Source of the DNA: the human T2T-CHM13v2.0 reference genome, Homo sapiens
Direction: 5' to 3' (one strand)
DNA: 64,000 nucleotides
Assembly (NCBI RefSeq): GCF_009914755.1
Contig: NC_060947.1
Shown here: positions 14,388 to 27,034 of the stretch, piece by piece
Numbering within the stretch: the first letter of the stretch is position 1
Layout of the letters: each line of letters starts with the position of its first letter
The notes under the pieces: generated by a model
What the model saw: only the letters and a program-made list of their open reading frames with translations
Told to the model about the DNA's origin: nothing
The model's database searches: none
Translations under genes and position numbers: made by a program

Positions 14388-14711
14388 TAGGGGAAATAGG
14401 GAGATGTTGGTCAAATGGTAGAAACTCAGTTATAAGATGAATAAATGTTAGCGATATAATGTACTGCATAGTGGCTATAGTTAATAATACTGTATTGTTT
14501 ACTTGAAATTTGATAAGAGTGGATTTTAGGTGTCCTCAGTACACATACATACACACACACACACACACAAATGATAACTATGGGTGATAATGGATATGTT
14601 AATTAATTAGAATGTGGTAATCAGCACACAATGTATGTTTATATCAAATCATCACATTGTATACCTTGAATATACACAGTTTTATTTGTCAAATAAATAT
14701 TTTAATATAAA
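14388..14711 (+). mobile_element. L1MA8/9-like 3' end with (CA)n
   Basis: 18-bp TSD aatcaaat(g/a)tatagagat at 14370-14387 and 14712-14729. Confidence 0.85.
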
Positions 14712-14847
14712 AATCAAATATATAGAGATATCAAACCTAGTACAGTTGGGTAAAGATAGCAGAGTATAAGATTGTCTGAAAGCTTAGTAGAACCAGATGT
14801 TTGTTTCCTAAATTTTGTTCTAAATTGAACTAAAATCTTTCCATCCT

Positions 14848-14970
14848 GGACTGAAAGCTACATGGGAACAGAGACCATATACATCTTTTTCACAACTAAT
14901 TCCCCAGTACCTCATACAATGCTTACCATAGAGTAGCACCTTAATAAATGTTCATTGTGTAAATGAATCA
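14848..14970 (+). mobile_element. L2 3' end
   Basis: gactgaaagct...ccccagtacct...aataaatgttcattg..aatgaat. Confidence 0.7.
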
Positions 14971-15784
14971 ATATTTCTCTGATGCTGAATAATTCATCAA
15001 TCATTCTTCATTATTTAGAATTATGACAAAAATTCTAGCCCCCAAAATCTGATACATCCTACATTATTCTGATGCTCTAGTGGGGCTGAGACATTGACAT
15101 TTCATTATGTCATCTGAGGCCAAGTTTCTACAAATTTTAAAATTGGAAAACTTTTATACCATTGGTGTATGGTGGGTTTTCAGAGTCCCAGAACGTGATA
15201 AGGGATCAGGGACATGTGCTGTTTTAATGACTCCTTCAGTGAGGTTTAAAACAATGTAATCCCAATATAGCAATGTGTATATGGATCTTAGGAGGAAGTT
15301 TGGGTTTGACCCCAGTTTTTCCATAAATTTACTGTAATCCCTTAAGCAAGCCAAATCAACACTGTATAACCTTGCTGATAAAATGAGAGAGTTGAACTAG
15401 AATATCTTTAAGTATCCTCTCAGTAAAAACAATGTATGAATCATTGAGGAAGTGGCATGTTTCAAGTACAAAAAAGGAACTTTAAATATTTCTGCTGAAA
15501 ATCAGTGATGATGATAATAGTAATAAGTCATAACTAATATTTATATAGCACTTTCTATTAGCTAAATGTTTCATGTGGATTATTTAAGGGATATTTTACT
15601 AGTTTTCCTTTAAATATTTATATTTTGATACAGAATTATAGGTTTTAAAATAATACATATATTTTTTATTAACACATGCTCATTTTACAAAACTTACAAA
15701 AGAAAGAACACTAGAAAACAAAAATTTGTAAATTTTTGGTGTATACTTTTCAAGAATGTGTGTATACAAGTGTATTTGTATATA

Positions 15785-16430
15785 ACCTAAGGGAAATCAG
15801 TATATTAAAGAGATATCTGTACCCTCTATGTTAATTGCAGCACTATTCACAATAGCCAAGATTTGAAATCAACCAAGGTGTCCAATAACAGATGAACAGA
15901 TAAAGAAAGTTTGGTATGTATACAGAATGGAATATTATTCAGCCATAAAAAATGATATCTAGTCATTTGTGGCAAGACGGATGGGCCTGGAGAATGTTAT
16001 GCTAAGTGAAATGAATCAGGAACAGAAAGGTAAATAGCACATGTTCTCATTTATATGTGGGAGCTAAAAAAGGTAAGCTCACAGACGTAGAGAGTAGAAT
16101 AGTGGTTATTAGAGGGTAAGAAGGTAGGAGGGAGGAGATGATAGGGAGAGGTGTGTTAATATATACAAAATTACAGCTAGCTAGGAGAAATAAAATCTAA
16201 TGTCCTATAGCACTGAATGGTGACTATAATTAACAATAGTTTATTGTATATTTCCAAATTGCTAGAAGAAATAATTTTGAATGTTCACAACACAAAAAAT
16301 GATAAATGTTCAAGGTGATGAATATGCTAACTATCCTGATTTGATAATTACATATTGTATACATGTGTTGAAATACTACTCTGTATCTCATAAATCTGTA
16401 CAGTTATGGTGTGTCAATTAAAAAGTAAAA
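15785..16430 (+). mobile_element. L1MA4/5-like 3' end
   Basis: aaatcagtatattaaagagatatctg...gcactattcacaatagccaag... ends gtcaattaaaa. Confidence 0.85.
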
Positions 16431-16434
16431 AGTG

Positions 16435-17280
16435 GCTTTTAATGACTGCGTATTATTCAGTTATGTAGCCTACTACAATTTAAACAATCCCCTATTGTTG
16501 AGAATGCTAGTTGTCTTAAATTTTGTGATATTTTAATTCTTCAATGAATATCTTTATGCATAATGTCTGTTCAAACTTTTGATTATTTAGAAAAATAAAT
16601 TATATTTTAATAGCTTGATCAAATGTTACACATATTTTTAAGGCTTAGAATACATATTTCCAAATTTCTCTTCAGAAAGATTTCACCAATTTACAATATC
16701 ACCAGCAGAAGGCCTTTTCATCTCACTTTTTCGGATCTTGAATATTATTATTATAAATTGCTGAACCTGTAAGAGAAAAATGTCCCATTTTAACTTGCAT
16801 TTCTTAGGTTACTGTAACTTTTTAAAAATTACTTCTTTTGTGAATTGCTTGTTCATGACCTTAGCTCATTTCTAAAAATTCCAATATTTATTTAATTGGC
16901 TTGTAAGAACTCTTCCTTATTTAATTGGCTTGTAAGAATTCTTCCTTATGGACATTAATTATTTGCCAATAATATATGTTGCAAATATTTTCCAGTCTAT
17001 TATTTGCCTTTGTTTATGGTGTTATTGAATCTATTAATTGTTTCCCTCATTTTTTTTCTTTAACACTTAGAAATACCTTCACTGCTACAGACCAGATCAT
17101 TATTTATTTATATTTTCCTTGATATTTTACAGTTTTCAATTTTAGACTTAGCTCTTACATTTACTTAAAGTTTATTTTGGCATATGATACGAGATGGTAA
17201 TTAAAGTTCTTTGTTAAAGTCCAAATAGTTATCATAACACTATTTCTTGAATAACTTTGTCTGTCTTTTTCCCATACATG
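16435..17280 (-). mobile_element. Old L1ME fragment
   Basis: Decayed antisense L1 3' motifs (tatgttgcaaatattttccagtct; aatttacaatatcaccagcag). Confidence 0.6.
16888..16949. repeat. 29-bp tandem duplication
   Basis: ttatttaattggcttgtaagaa(c/t)tcttcc twice, 1 mismatch. Confidence 0.95.
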
Positions 17281-17444
17281 ATTTAAACAACACTCCTTAA
17301 AAATCTACTGCGTTCAAGCCCAACCAGGGATATCTGCCTCCCCCACAAAGAAAACAAAATAAAACAAACAAAATCTATTTTGTGTTGGGCTTCTCAGAAT
17401 GTTTTTTGTTTCATAGTTTTCTTTTGTTCTTATAATATGTGAAG

Positions 17445-17590
17445 TGTGTATTACATTCCTTTTTTACATAAGACAAACATGAGTCTCAAAGATGTCAGTT
17501 GAGTTGCCTAAAGTCAAATACTTACTAAGTGGCATAGCCCAGGCTGGAAACCAAGTTGTTTGACTCAAATTCAAATTATTTTTGCCTTAT
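17445..17590 (-). mobile_element. MIR
   Basis: Antisense MIR core: ttgcctaaagtcaaat..actaagtggcatagcccagg. Confidence 0.6.
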
Positions 17591-18089
17591 CACTACCAGA
17601 AAGGTCTAGATATTTCGAACAGGTATTTGGAGTAGGCCAAGTTGCAGATCATTTATAGGTTTATAGTGTAGACAGTTTCCACATTTTAATTTGATGATTT
17701 AAATAACTAAAATAACATTTAGTTCAAATTTACAGGACTCATTAAACATTTGTACACTAACAAGACTTATAGTGTACAATAAATCTTAACATAGCGCTCT
17801 CAATTTTAAAGGTATTTTGACTTTAGAACTTTTTTTGTCAATTTTGCCCTGGTCAAGGAGTGATATTTTACTGTATCCATAATAAAATGATATGCCATCT
17901 ACTGGCATGTTTTCCAATATCTCATATATACACATTTGAAAGTCCTTTGGTTTTGAGAAGATGATGCTAGAAAAAAGTGTTGTTTAGTTTTACGTTATGC
18001 AGTCTGATGCCACTGGAAATTACTCTCGGCCATTTTGTTCTTCTGGATTTTGATACCTAAAGCAGAGTTTATAAGAAATTGCGTCTTCA

Positions 18090-18553
18090 GCACACGTTTA
18101 TTGCGGCACTATTCACAATAGCAAAGACTTGGAACCAGCCCAAATGTCTATCAATGATAGACTGGATTAAGAAAATGTGGCACATATACACCATGGAATA
18201 CTATGCAGCCATAAAAAAGGATGAGTTCATGTCCTTTGTAGGGACATGGATGAAGCTGGAAACCATCATTCTCAGCAAACTATCGCAAGGACAAAAAACC
18301 AAACACTGCATGTTCTCACTCATAGGTGGGAATTGAACAATGAGAACACTTGGACACAGGAAGGGGTACATCACACACCGGGGCCTGTGGTAGGGTGGCG
18401 GGAAGGGGGAGGGATAGCATTAGGAGATATACCTAACGTAAATGACGAGTTAATGGGTGCAGCACACCAACATGGCACAGGTATACATATGTAACAAACC
18501 TGCACGTTGTGCACATGTACCCTAGAACTTAACGTATAATTAAAAAAACAAAA
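18090..18553 (+). mobile_element. 5'-truncated L1PA4/5
   Basis: ORF2 C-terminus (FIAALFTIAKTWNQPKC), 3' UTR and poly(A); 17-bp TSD aagaaattg(c/a)gtcttca at 18073-18089 and 18554-18570. Confidence 0.95.
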
Positions 18554-18898
18554 AAGAAATTGAGTCTTCAAACAAGATATTTTCATTCCAGTGAATAACA
18601 CTTGTTATTTGCCTAAGATGCCTAGAACTGGGGTCTGAGAATCATATAGCTGTAATGATGTGTCTGGACTGGCTCAAAATAAGACTTATTGTAAGCGACA
18701 TTGCAGAATAAAGGTCTGCAAAAGAAAATTCAACCTCCAATTCCCCCTTCTCCTCATAGCAGCATGATACCTTTTTTAATGCTTTCAATTATACATGAAG
18801 TCAACAGATCCAGACTTAATTCTTCACTTACTCTGTAAAAAACCCTGAGGTTTTTTCTCAGTTACTAACACATTCATTTACTAATTTTCTCCCCCTAA

Positions 18899-19287
<389 letters not shown>

Positions 19288-20437
19288 AACGTAAGCTCTA
19301 ACGGTTTACATTTCAATCCTGTGCACTTCTACAAATTTGTCTTAGAAGATTGATTCAGAAGTTAGAGGAAAGTCACTTTTAAGTAAAAGGTAAACTTACA
19401 CATAACAACAGTTTGGAGTTAAGTGTCAATTCTGTGGTTCAGGTGAGATCAGTAAAAGGCAATGCAATACACTAGATCATAGAAATATCTACCATAAAAG
19501 ATGTACATACCCACTTTTCATTACCTACGATATGCTTTTAAACTTTTAATCTAATATCTAGTTCATTATTGATAAATTAAATTTTAAAGCCACTAGATTT
19601 CTTTCTCTCAAGTAAGAAATTGTGGTCATTTTCTAGTTCAAATATTATTGATAAATACTTGTTACAGATGGTGGTGGTTGTTTCTTAGTATTCACGTGCC
19701 AAAAGGATATTAATTGTGGTATAAATATATATCCTTACTATTTCTTCTACCTCAATGGTGAATACCCCTGATTGAGTCTAGAATAAGATAGCTGTCTATA
19801 GCTTTACAAATACTTTTCTTTTTAAAATATCAATTTTTTAGATGAAAAGTATAAAACTCTACAGATATTCTAGAAATAGCATACTTTATTTTGGCAGCAG
19901 AAAGACAAACATGTTGCCAAATAAAATTACCTCTACCCTCCTTTGGCCTCCTAAAAATATCCTAAAGAAACTGTCCAATGAGGGAAGTGTGTTTTTCCAT
20001 TATTTCTGCTAATAATAGCCATAGGTGTTTTTTTCTTCTCTCATCACCTTGTGCTTTCTATTTTTATACACAGATATATATTCCCAAATGCTTTCTGAAT
20101 GCCTGTTGGTATTGCGATCTTACATCAACTATTGAATATTTTCTTCACATTTATGTATCTTCCTGCATCCCCAACTCTGTTAATGACATTGCCATCTTCA
20201 CAGGAATCCAGAGCCACTATGTAGTCTTTATTCTCTTCCCTACAGCTAAATACTTGTCAAGCACTTTTAGTCTTATCTTTGCAATCATCCTTATATGTGT
20301 CCCCTCCTATAAAAGTGTACTCACATAGTCTAGGCCCTCACTACTTCTCACCTGGACTATGACAATGCCCAAATGGTTTTCCATGCAGTTAATTTCTTTC
20401 CACTTCAATACAGTATTCACATTGCCTGCCGAAAAAC

Positions 20438-20468
<31 letters not shown>

Positions 20469-20583
20469 CTAAAAATGTGGCTCCACTTTTGTTACCCTAA
20501 TACTCAAATTTGACTATCCCCTACAGCATAAAGCACTATCTTCTTACAGCAGTATTGAAGACCCTCCATAACTGGTTCCTAGC

Positions 20584-22890
20584 TGATATTGTTTGGCTGT
20601 GCCACACCCAAATCTCTTTTTGAATTGTGGTTCCAATAATCCCCACCTGTCAAGAGCCAAACCAGGTGGAGATAATTGAATCATGTAAGTGGTTTCCCCC
20701 ATACTGTTCTCATGATAGTGAGTTAGTTCTCATGAGATCTGATGGTTTCGTAAGCGGTTTCCCCTTTCTCTCAGCACTCACCTTATCCTCCTGTCCTGTG
20801 AAGAAGGTGCCTGCTTCTCCTTCCCCTTCTGCCTTGATTGTAAGTTTCCTGAGTCCTCCCCAGCAATGAGGAACAGTGAGTCAATTAAACCTCTTTCCTT
20901 TATAAATCACCCAGTCTTGGGCAGTTCTTTATAGCAGCATGAGAACAGACTAATACAGTAAATTGGTACCACAGAGAGTGGGGTGCTGCTATAAGGATAC
21001 CTGAAAATGTAAAAGCAAATTTGGAACTGGGTAACAGGCAGAGGTTGGAACAGTTTGGAGGGCCCAGAAGAAGACAGGAAAATATGGGAAAGTTTGGAAC
21101 TTTCTAGAAAATTGAAGGGCTCAGAAGACAGGAAGATGTGGGAAGGGTAAGAACTTCCTAGAGACTTGTTGAATGGCTTTGACCAAAATGCTGATAGTGA
21201 TATGGACAATGAAGTCCAGGCCAAGGTGGTCCCAGAGGAAGATGAAGAACTTGTTGGAAACTGGAGTAAAGGTCACTCTTGCTAGCAGAGACTGGTGGCA
21301 TTTTGCCCTTGTCCTAGAGATCTGTGGAACTTTCAACTTGGGAGAGATAATTTCGGGTACTGGTGGAAAAAATTTCTAAATGCCAAAGCATTCAAGGGGA
21401 AGCAGAGCATAAAAGTCTGGAAAATTTACAGCCTGATGATGCAGTGGAAAAGAAAAACCCATCTTCTGGGGAGAAATTCAAGCCTGCTGCAGACATTTGC
21501 ATTTGCATAAGTAATGAGTAGCCAGTGCTAATGACTTAGACAATGGGGAAAATGTCTCCAGGGCATGTCAGAGGCCTTTGCAACAGCCCCTCTCAACACA
21601 GGCCTGGAGGCCTAGGAGGTAAAAATGATTTCCTGGCCAGGGACCCCTGCTGTGTGCAGCCTGAGGGCTTGGTGCCCTGCATCCCAGCTGCTTTCAGCTT
21701 CAGCCATGGCTAAAGGGGCCAAGGTACAGCTCAGGCCATGGCAGAGGGTGTAAGCCCCAAGCCTTAGCAGCTTCCAACTGGTGTTGAGCCTGCAGGTTCA
21801 CAGAAGTCAAGAATTGAGGTTCAGGAACCTCTGACTAGATTTCAAAGGATGTATGGAAATACTTGAATGTCCAGGCAGAAGTTTGCCACAGAGGCGGAGC
21901 CCTCATGGAGAACCTCTGCTAGGGCAGTGCAGAAAGAAAATGTGGGGTCAGAGCCCCCACACAGAGTTCCCACTGGGACACTGCCAGTGAAGCTGTGAGA
22001 AAAGCGCCAATGTTCTCCAAACCCCAGGATGGTAGATCCACCAACAGCTTGCACCCTGCACCTTGAAAAGCTACAGACACTCAATGCCAGCCCAAGAAAG
22101 GAGCCAGGAGGGGGACTGTACCCTGCAAGGCCACAGGAGTGGAGCTGCCCAAGACCCTGGGAGCCCACCTCTTGCATCAGTGTGATCTGGATGTGAGACA
22201 TGGAGTCAAAAGAGTTCATTTTGGAACTTTAAGGTTTAATGACTCCCCTGTTGGATTTTGGACTTACATGGGGCCTATAGCCCCTTTTCTTGGCCAAGTT
22301 CTCCCATTTGGAGCAGGTGTATTTACCCAATGTCTGCATCCCCATTGTATCTAGCAAGTAACTAACATGCTTTTGATTTTACAGATTTGCCTTGTCTCAG
22401 ATGAGGCTTTGGACTTGGAATTTTTGGCTAATACTGGAGTGAGCTAAGATTAAGGCATGATTGTATTTTGAAATGTGAAGACATGAGATTTTGGAGGGGC
22501 CAGAAGCAGAATGATATGATTTAGCTGTGTCTCCACCCAAATCTCATCATGAATTGTAGTTCCAATAATTCCCATAGGTTAAGGGCAGGAACAGGTGGAG
22601 GTAATCGAATTATGGGGGGTGGTTTCCCCTGTACTGTTCTTGTGATAGTGAGTTAGTTCTCACAAGATCTGATGGTTTTATAAGGGGCTTCACTCTTCAC
22701 TCAGCACTCTCTTTATCTTCCCCCTCTGTCTAAAAGGTGCCTGCTTCTCCTTTTCCTTCCACCATGATTGTAAGCTTCCTGAGGCCTCTCCAGCAACGTG
22801 GAACTGTAAGTCAATTAAACCTATTTCCGTTATAAATTACTCAGGCTTGGACAGTATTTTGTAGTAGCAGGAAGAGAACGGACTAATACA
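20584..22890 (+). mobile_element. Complete THE1D-like MaLR provirus (LTR 20584-20957, internal 20958-22511, LTR 22512-22890)
   Basis: TG...CA LTRs, gtaaattggtacc internal start, perfect 5-bp TSD ctagc; inserted into an L2 remnant. Confidence 0.93.
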
Positions 22891-23299
22891 CTAGCATATC
22901 TTCAGTTTCTCCTGGCTATATTATACTTTCTGATCTCTCACACATCTTACAGTCAAGTGATATTCACACGCCACACCAAAATTCAGTAATACTAAACCCT
23001 TTGTGAAATCTTACCCAAACCCTTCACTAGAGCTAAGTTCCTTCTTATTGTTTCTCTCGTATTAGGCTCTCATAGCACTTTGTACCTTTAATAATGTGCT
23101 TGGTAATTTAAGAAGTTCCTTTTGCAGTCACCACAGTGAACTGTGTTATAGTGTATGGTCTGTCAAATCCTACTTGAGGCTTTGATATTTGAGACGGTCT
23201 AAGGGACACACTAAAGATTCAGTCCTTTAGGATTTTTTATTGTAATTTAGAGCACCAGAAAGCTACCTATCCAGACCAAAGTAGTTAATTTCCTCAAAG

Positions 23300-23398
23300 A
23301 TGTCCTTATAGAGCTACATTTGAGTATTTTGTTATGGGGTCTATATAAGAAAGTCATATGAAGAATGTTTTTGTATTCTCAGCGATTGCACTTGCAGT
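23300..23398 (-). pseudogene. Fossil exon: final CTLD strand (weak)
   Basis: CAG acceptor at 23399-23401, phase 1, matching the 23675 donor; CKCNR*EYKN (TGA at the W position), shifted SSYDFL. Confidence 0.4.
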
Positions 23399-23674
23399 CT
23401 GATTTCTATTGTGATAGTTTGTATGTATACATTCTTTCTCACTAGCTTATAAACTCCTACTGTACAGTGACTATATATTGTTCATCACGTACCACATTGC
23501 TCTTCATATAGAAATGTGTAATATATTTTTCTTTTTGATTTATTAAATAAAAATTGTTTAGTTTATAAAATAGCTCATTTGAAAATTATTATCCTCTAAT
23601 TATATCAGATGAGGTTTGTCACATTTGCATATGCATATATTCACATTCAACTTTCAAGGGACCCATCTACTCAC

Positions 23675-24085
23675 TAAAGAAATACCCATACAAAATACAG
23701 GATAAATTGGAATGATCACTGGATTGCTCATTGCTTTAGATTGCCCAGTCATCCATTTCCTTCCATTAACCCAGTTTATATAAAATGAAGGATTTGGAGC
23801 CCTCATCAGTTGCATCTAAAATATCTGTCCATCCACAGGAGGACTCATATTCTATTTCTCAAGAATAATTAATGAATATTTCCCAAATATAATCCTTTAT
23901 TTCTATATTCTATAATTTTTTCAAGTCAGTAATCTTCTTATCTGTGCTAGAATAATGTACATTTTGGGGGTTTGGGGTTGTTCTTTTCATATCATTGACA
24001 ACCCTATAACACAGACTATTGACATATAACATGGGAAAGATGTTGCATATTCATAGTCTGGCACATTTACAGGTAGTATTATACT
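23675..24085 (-). pseudogene. Fossil exon: nearly complete CTLD
   Basis: One frame of about 135 codons: ...LYVNSLCYRVVNDMKRTTPNPQNVHYSSTDKKITDLKKL*NIEIKDYIWEIFINYS*EIEYESSCGWTDILDATDEG...NLSCILYGYFF. An overlapping frame has FYINWVNG. Canonical gtgagt donor at 23669-23674. Confidence 0.7.
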
Positions 24086-24368
24086 AGTTTTTAATCAAAG
24101 TTTGAAGCAATGATAATCTAAGCCTGCCTAAATCTTATACACATAAATACACACCCACCATACAATAAGAATGCTAGTTCTCTAAAATGTATATATTATT
24201 AAAACACCCCATGCTTACTGTTTTCATAAAATTATACTGGTGAAAAACAGTTAACAACAGTAAAAGTAGAAAATTTATAAGAAACAGAAAAGTGCAAAGA
24301 CGACAGAAATATAAAATAAGACTTTGATTTAAAATAGAAGTCAAAATTAGTCTTTAAAATAAAACTTG

Positions 24369-24567
24369 AGGGGAACATCACACACCGGGGCTTGTCAGGG
24401 GGTGGGAGGCAAGGGGAAGGATAACATTAGGAGAAATACCTAGTGTAGGTAATGGGTTGATGTGTGCAGCAAACCACCATGGCACGTGTATACCTATGTA
24501 ACAAAACTGCACGTTCTACACATGTACCCTAGAACTTAAAGCATAATAAAAAATAATAATAAATAAT
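24369..24567 (+). mobile_element. L1PA7/8 3' tip
   Basis: gggaacatcacacacc...gcagcaaaccaccatggcacg; TSD ataaaacttg at 24359-24368 and 24568-24577. Confidence 0.9.
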
Positions 24568-25629
24568 ATAAAACTTGCAACTTGGTAGTTCAATTTAATA
24601 TTTTTAATGTGCACTCCTTTTAATTGAAATAGTTCTATTATTGGAATTTGGTCTCTATCACAATCAATCAAACAGTTACATGGCTGCAAGTAAGGTCTTA
24701 AAATTTATAATTAATATCACACTTCATAATATAATGTAACAATGAATCACTTATATGAGGGTTAATTTTATGATATATTCTGCAAAATACTATTTTCTAT
24801 TTTTGCATCATGAATTAGTGATGCTTTATAGCAGGCCTCATGTGAAGAAGCATTTTGTGTCAACTTTGAGAAAAAATATTTTAGTTTAAGTATGTGTGGT
24901 ATAAGTCAATATCATTTTTCAGGTATGGAATTGGAAAGCAAAGAACAGTGGCACAATCAGGGTCTTAAAATTATTTCTCATTTTCTGCATTTCTCTTCCT
25001 AAGTCTGAAAAATCACATTTTTATTTGAAGCCTTAACTTAGTAGCCTTTCCTGATATTCTGCGGCTCACATTGATTCCTCCCTTTCCTGGACTTCTGCTG
25101 CATTGAGAACCAGCACCACACAATTTTGCACCTAATTGCTATAATTGTTTCATGAGTCAGTCCTCTGAAATAGATTGTAAGCTCCAAACTGCAGAAATTA
25201 TGTCTTACATTTCTTTTGCCTGGCACACAATTGGATAATTGTTGATTAATAAATACAGCCAGCAGCTTTCTCCCTTTTGAATGTTTCCACTCCTCTCATT
25301 TGGGGCTCTCAAAAAATATCAGCCCCTTACAATAATTTTTTTCCTATGAATTCAACAATATCTTGTAGTGTTGTTAGAAACAGGGTTAGTTAGCTGCTAC
25401 AAAATATAAAATTGCACTGCATATACAGTCTAAATTTTTACATAATGTTTTAGTATACATCTTCAGAAATACTTTCTGTCTAAAAGTGGGGATATTCTGT
25501 ATTGAAAATTTATTCAGCATGTATCTAATTAAAAATTGCACTTACTGAGAAGCTACGATGAATTAAGCATTGTTTAAGGAATAAAAATTGATGTGAAAGG
25601 ACTCTGATCAATAAGGAAGAGAGCTTATT

Positions 25630-25825
25630 CCCAATGCTGCAGTAGCTGCTTTACATAATATGATTTAATTCTTACCCACACTATAAGGAATTTATCATTA
25701 TTCCCATTTTACAGGTGAGAAATCTGCAGTTCAGAGAGGTTAAGTAATTTGCCCAAGGTTATAATATCCAAATGGAAGAAACAAGATTTGAATCCATGTC
25801 TGTCTAACTTCAAAGCCTGAGCTTA
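25630..25825 (-). mobile_element. MIR inside an antisense L2
   Basis: cccattttacaggtgagaaa..cagagaggttaagtaatttgcccaagg. Confidence 0.8.
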
Positions 25826-26732
25826 CTGTTCTTTAAGAGATACAGCCACATGAAGAAGTTCTTATAATGTAATGTGATAAATGATATAATAACATATGTG
25901 TACCAAATACTACAGGATCATGGGAAGGTTAGGGGAACACAGAGAAAATAGTGGCTAATATTGCCTGAGAAGAAATGAGGCAATATTCTCAAGAGTCAAA
26001 TAACCCATTTGTAATGTCTCAGAGTACCATGCTAGTTTCTATTTTTCAATTTTTTTATTTTTATTTATTGTGGGTATATAGTAGGTATATGTATTTATGG
26101 GGTACTTAACATGTTTTGATACAGACATGCAATATAAAATAAGTACATAATGAAGAATGGGGTATCCATCCCCTCAAGCATATATCCACTGAATTGTGAA
26201 TAATCCAATTAGACAATTTATTTTAAAATGTACAGTTATTATTTACTATAGTCACCATGTTGTGCCATCAAGTAGTAGGTCTTATTCATTCTTTCTATTT
26301 GTTGTATCCATTTATCATCCCTACCTTACCCCAAGCCTCCGACTACCTTTCCAAGCCCATGGTAATCTTTCTTCTACCCTCTACCTCTATTAGTTCAATT
26401 GTTTTGATTTTTAGATCTCACAAAAAAATGAGAACATGTGATGTTTGCCCTTGTGTGCCAGGATTATTTTACTTAACATGATTTCCAGTTCCATCCACGT
26501 CGTTGAAAATGACTATATCTCATTTTTTGAGGGCTGAATGGTACTACATTGTGTATATGTACCACATTTTCCTTATCCGTTATTCTGTTGATGCACACTT
26601 AGTTTGCTTCCAAATTTTAGCTATTGTAAACACTGCTGCAAAATACATAACAGTGCAGATATCTCTTCCATATATTGATAGTCTTTCTTTTGGGTATATA
26701 CCCATCAGAGGTATTGCTAAAACATTTGGAAG

Positions 26733-27034
26733 GGCCAGGAGCGGTGGGTCACGCCTGTAATCCCAGCACTTTGGGAGGCCGAGGTGGGCGGATCACGAGG
26801 TCAGGAGATCGAGACCATCCTGGCTAACACGGTGAAACCCCGTCTCTACTAAAAATACAAAAAATTAGCCGGGCGAGGTGGCGGGCGCCTGTAGTCCCAG
26901 CTACTCGGGAGGCTGAGGCAGGAGAATGGTGTGAACCCTGGGGGGCGGAGCCTGCAGTGTGCCGAGATTGCACCATTGCACTCCAGCCTGGGCGACAGCA
27001 AGACTCCGTCTCAAAAAAAAAAAAAAAAAAAAAA
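26733..27034 (+). mobile_element. AluY, AluYe5-like
   Basis: ccgggcgaggtggcggg, gaaccc(t)ggggggcggagcctgcag, 2-bp deletion gacagc(a)agactcc; 22-A tail; TSD core ttggaag. Confidence 0.9.

Noticed and set aside
19978-20328. 116-aa plus-strand ORF, and the similar 14107-14469 and 33141-33566 ORFs
   Set aside because: Overlap L2/L1 remnants with low-complexity composition and no recognisable domains.
21050-21165. About 60-bp tandem duplication in the THE1 internal region
   Set aside because: I recall it as a feature of some THE1-int consensuses, so it is not locus-specific.
23675-23815. Open 47-codon frame MQLMRAPNPSFYINWVNG... as a live coding exon
   Set aside because: Better explained as an overlapping frame of the decayed CTLD exon; no open partner exons.
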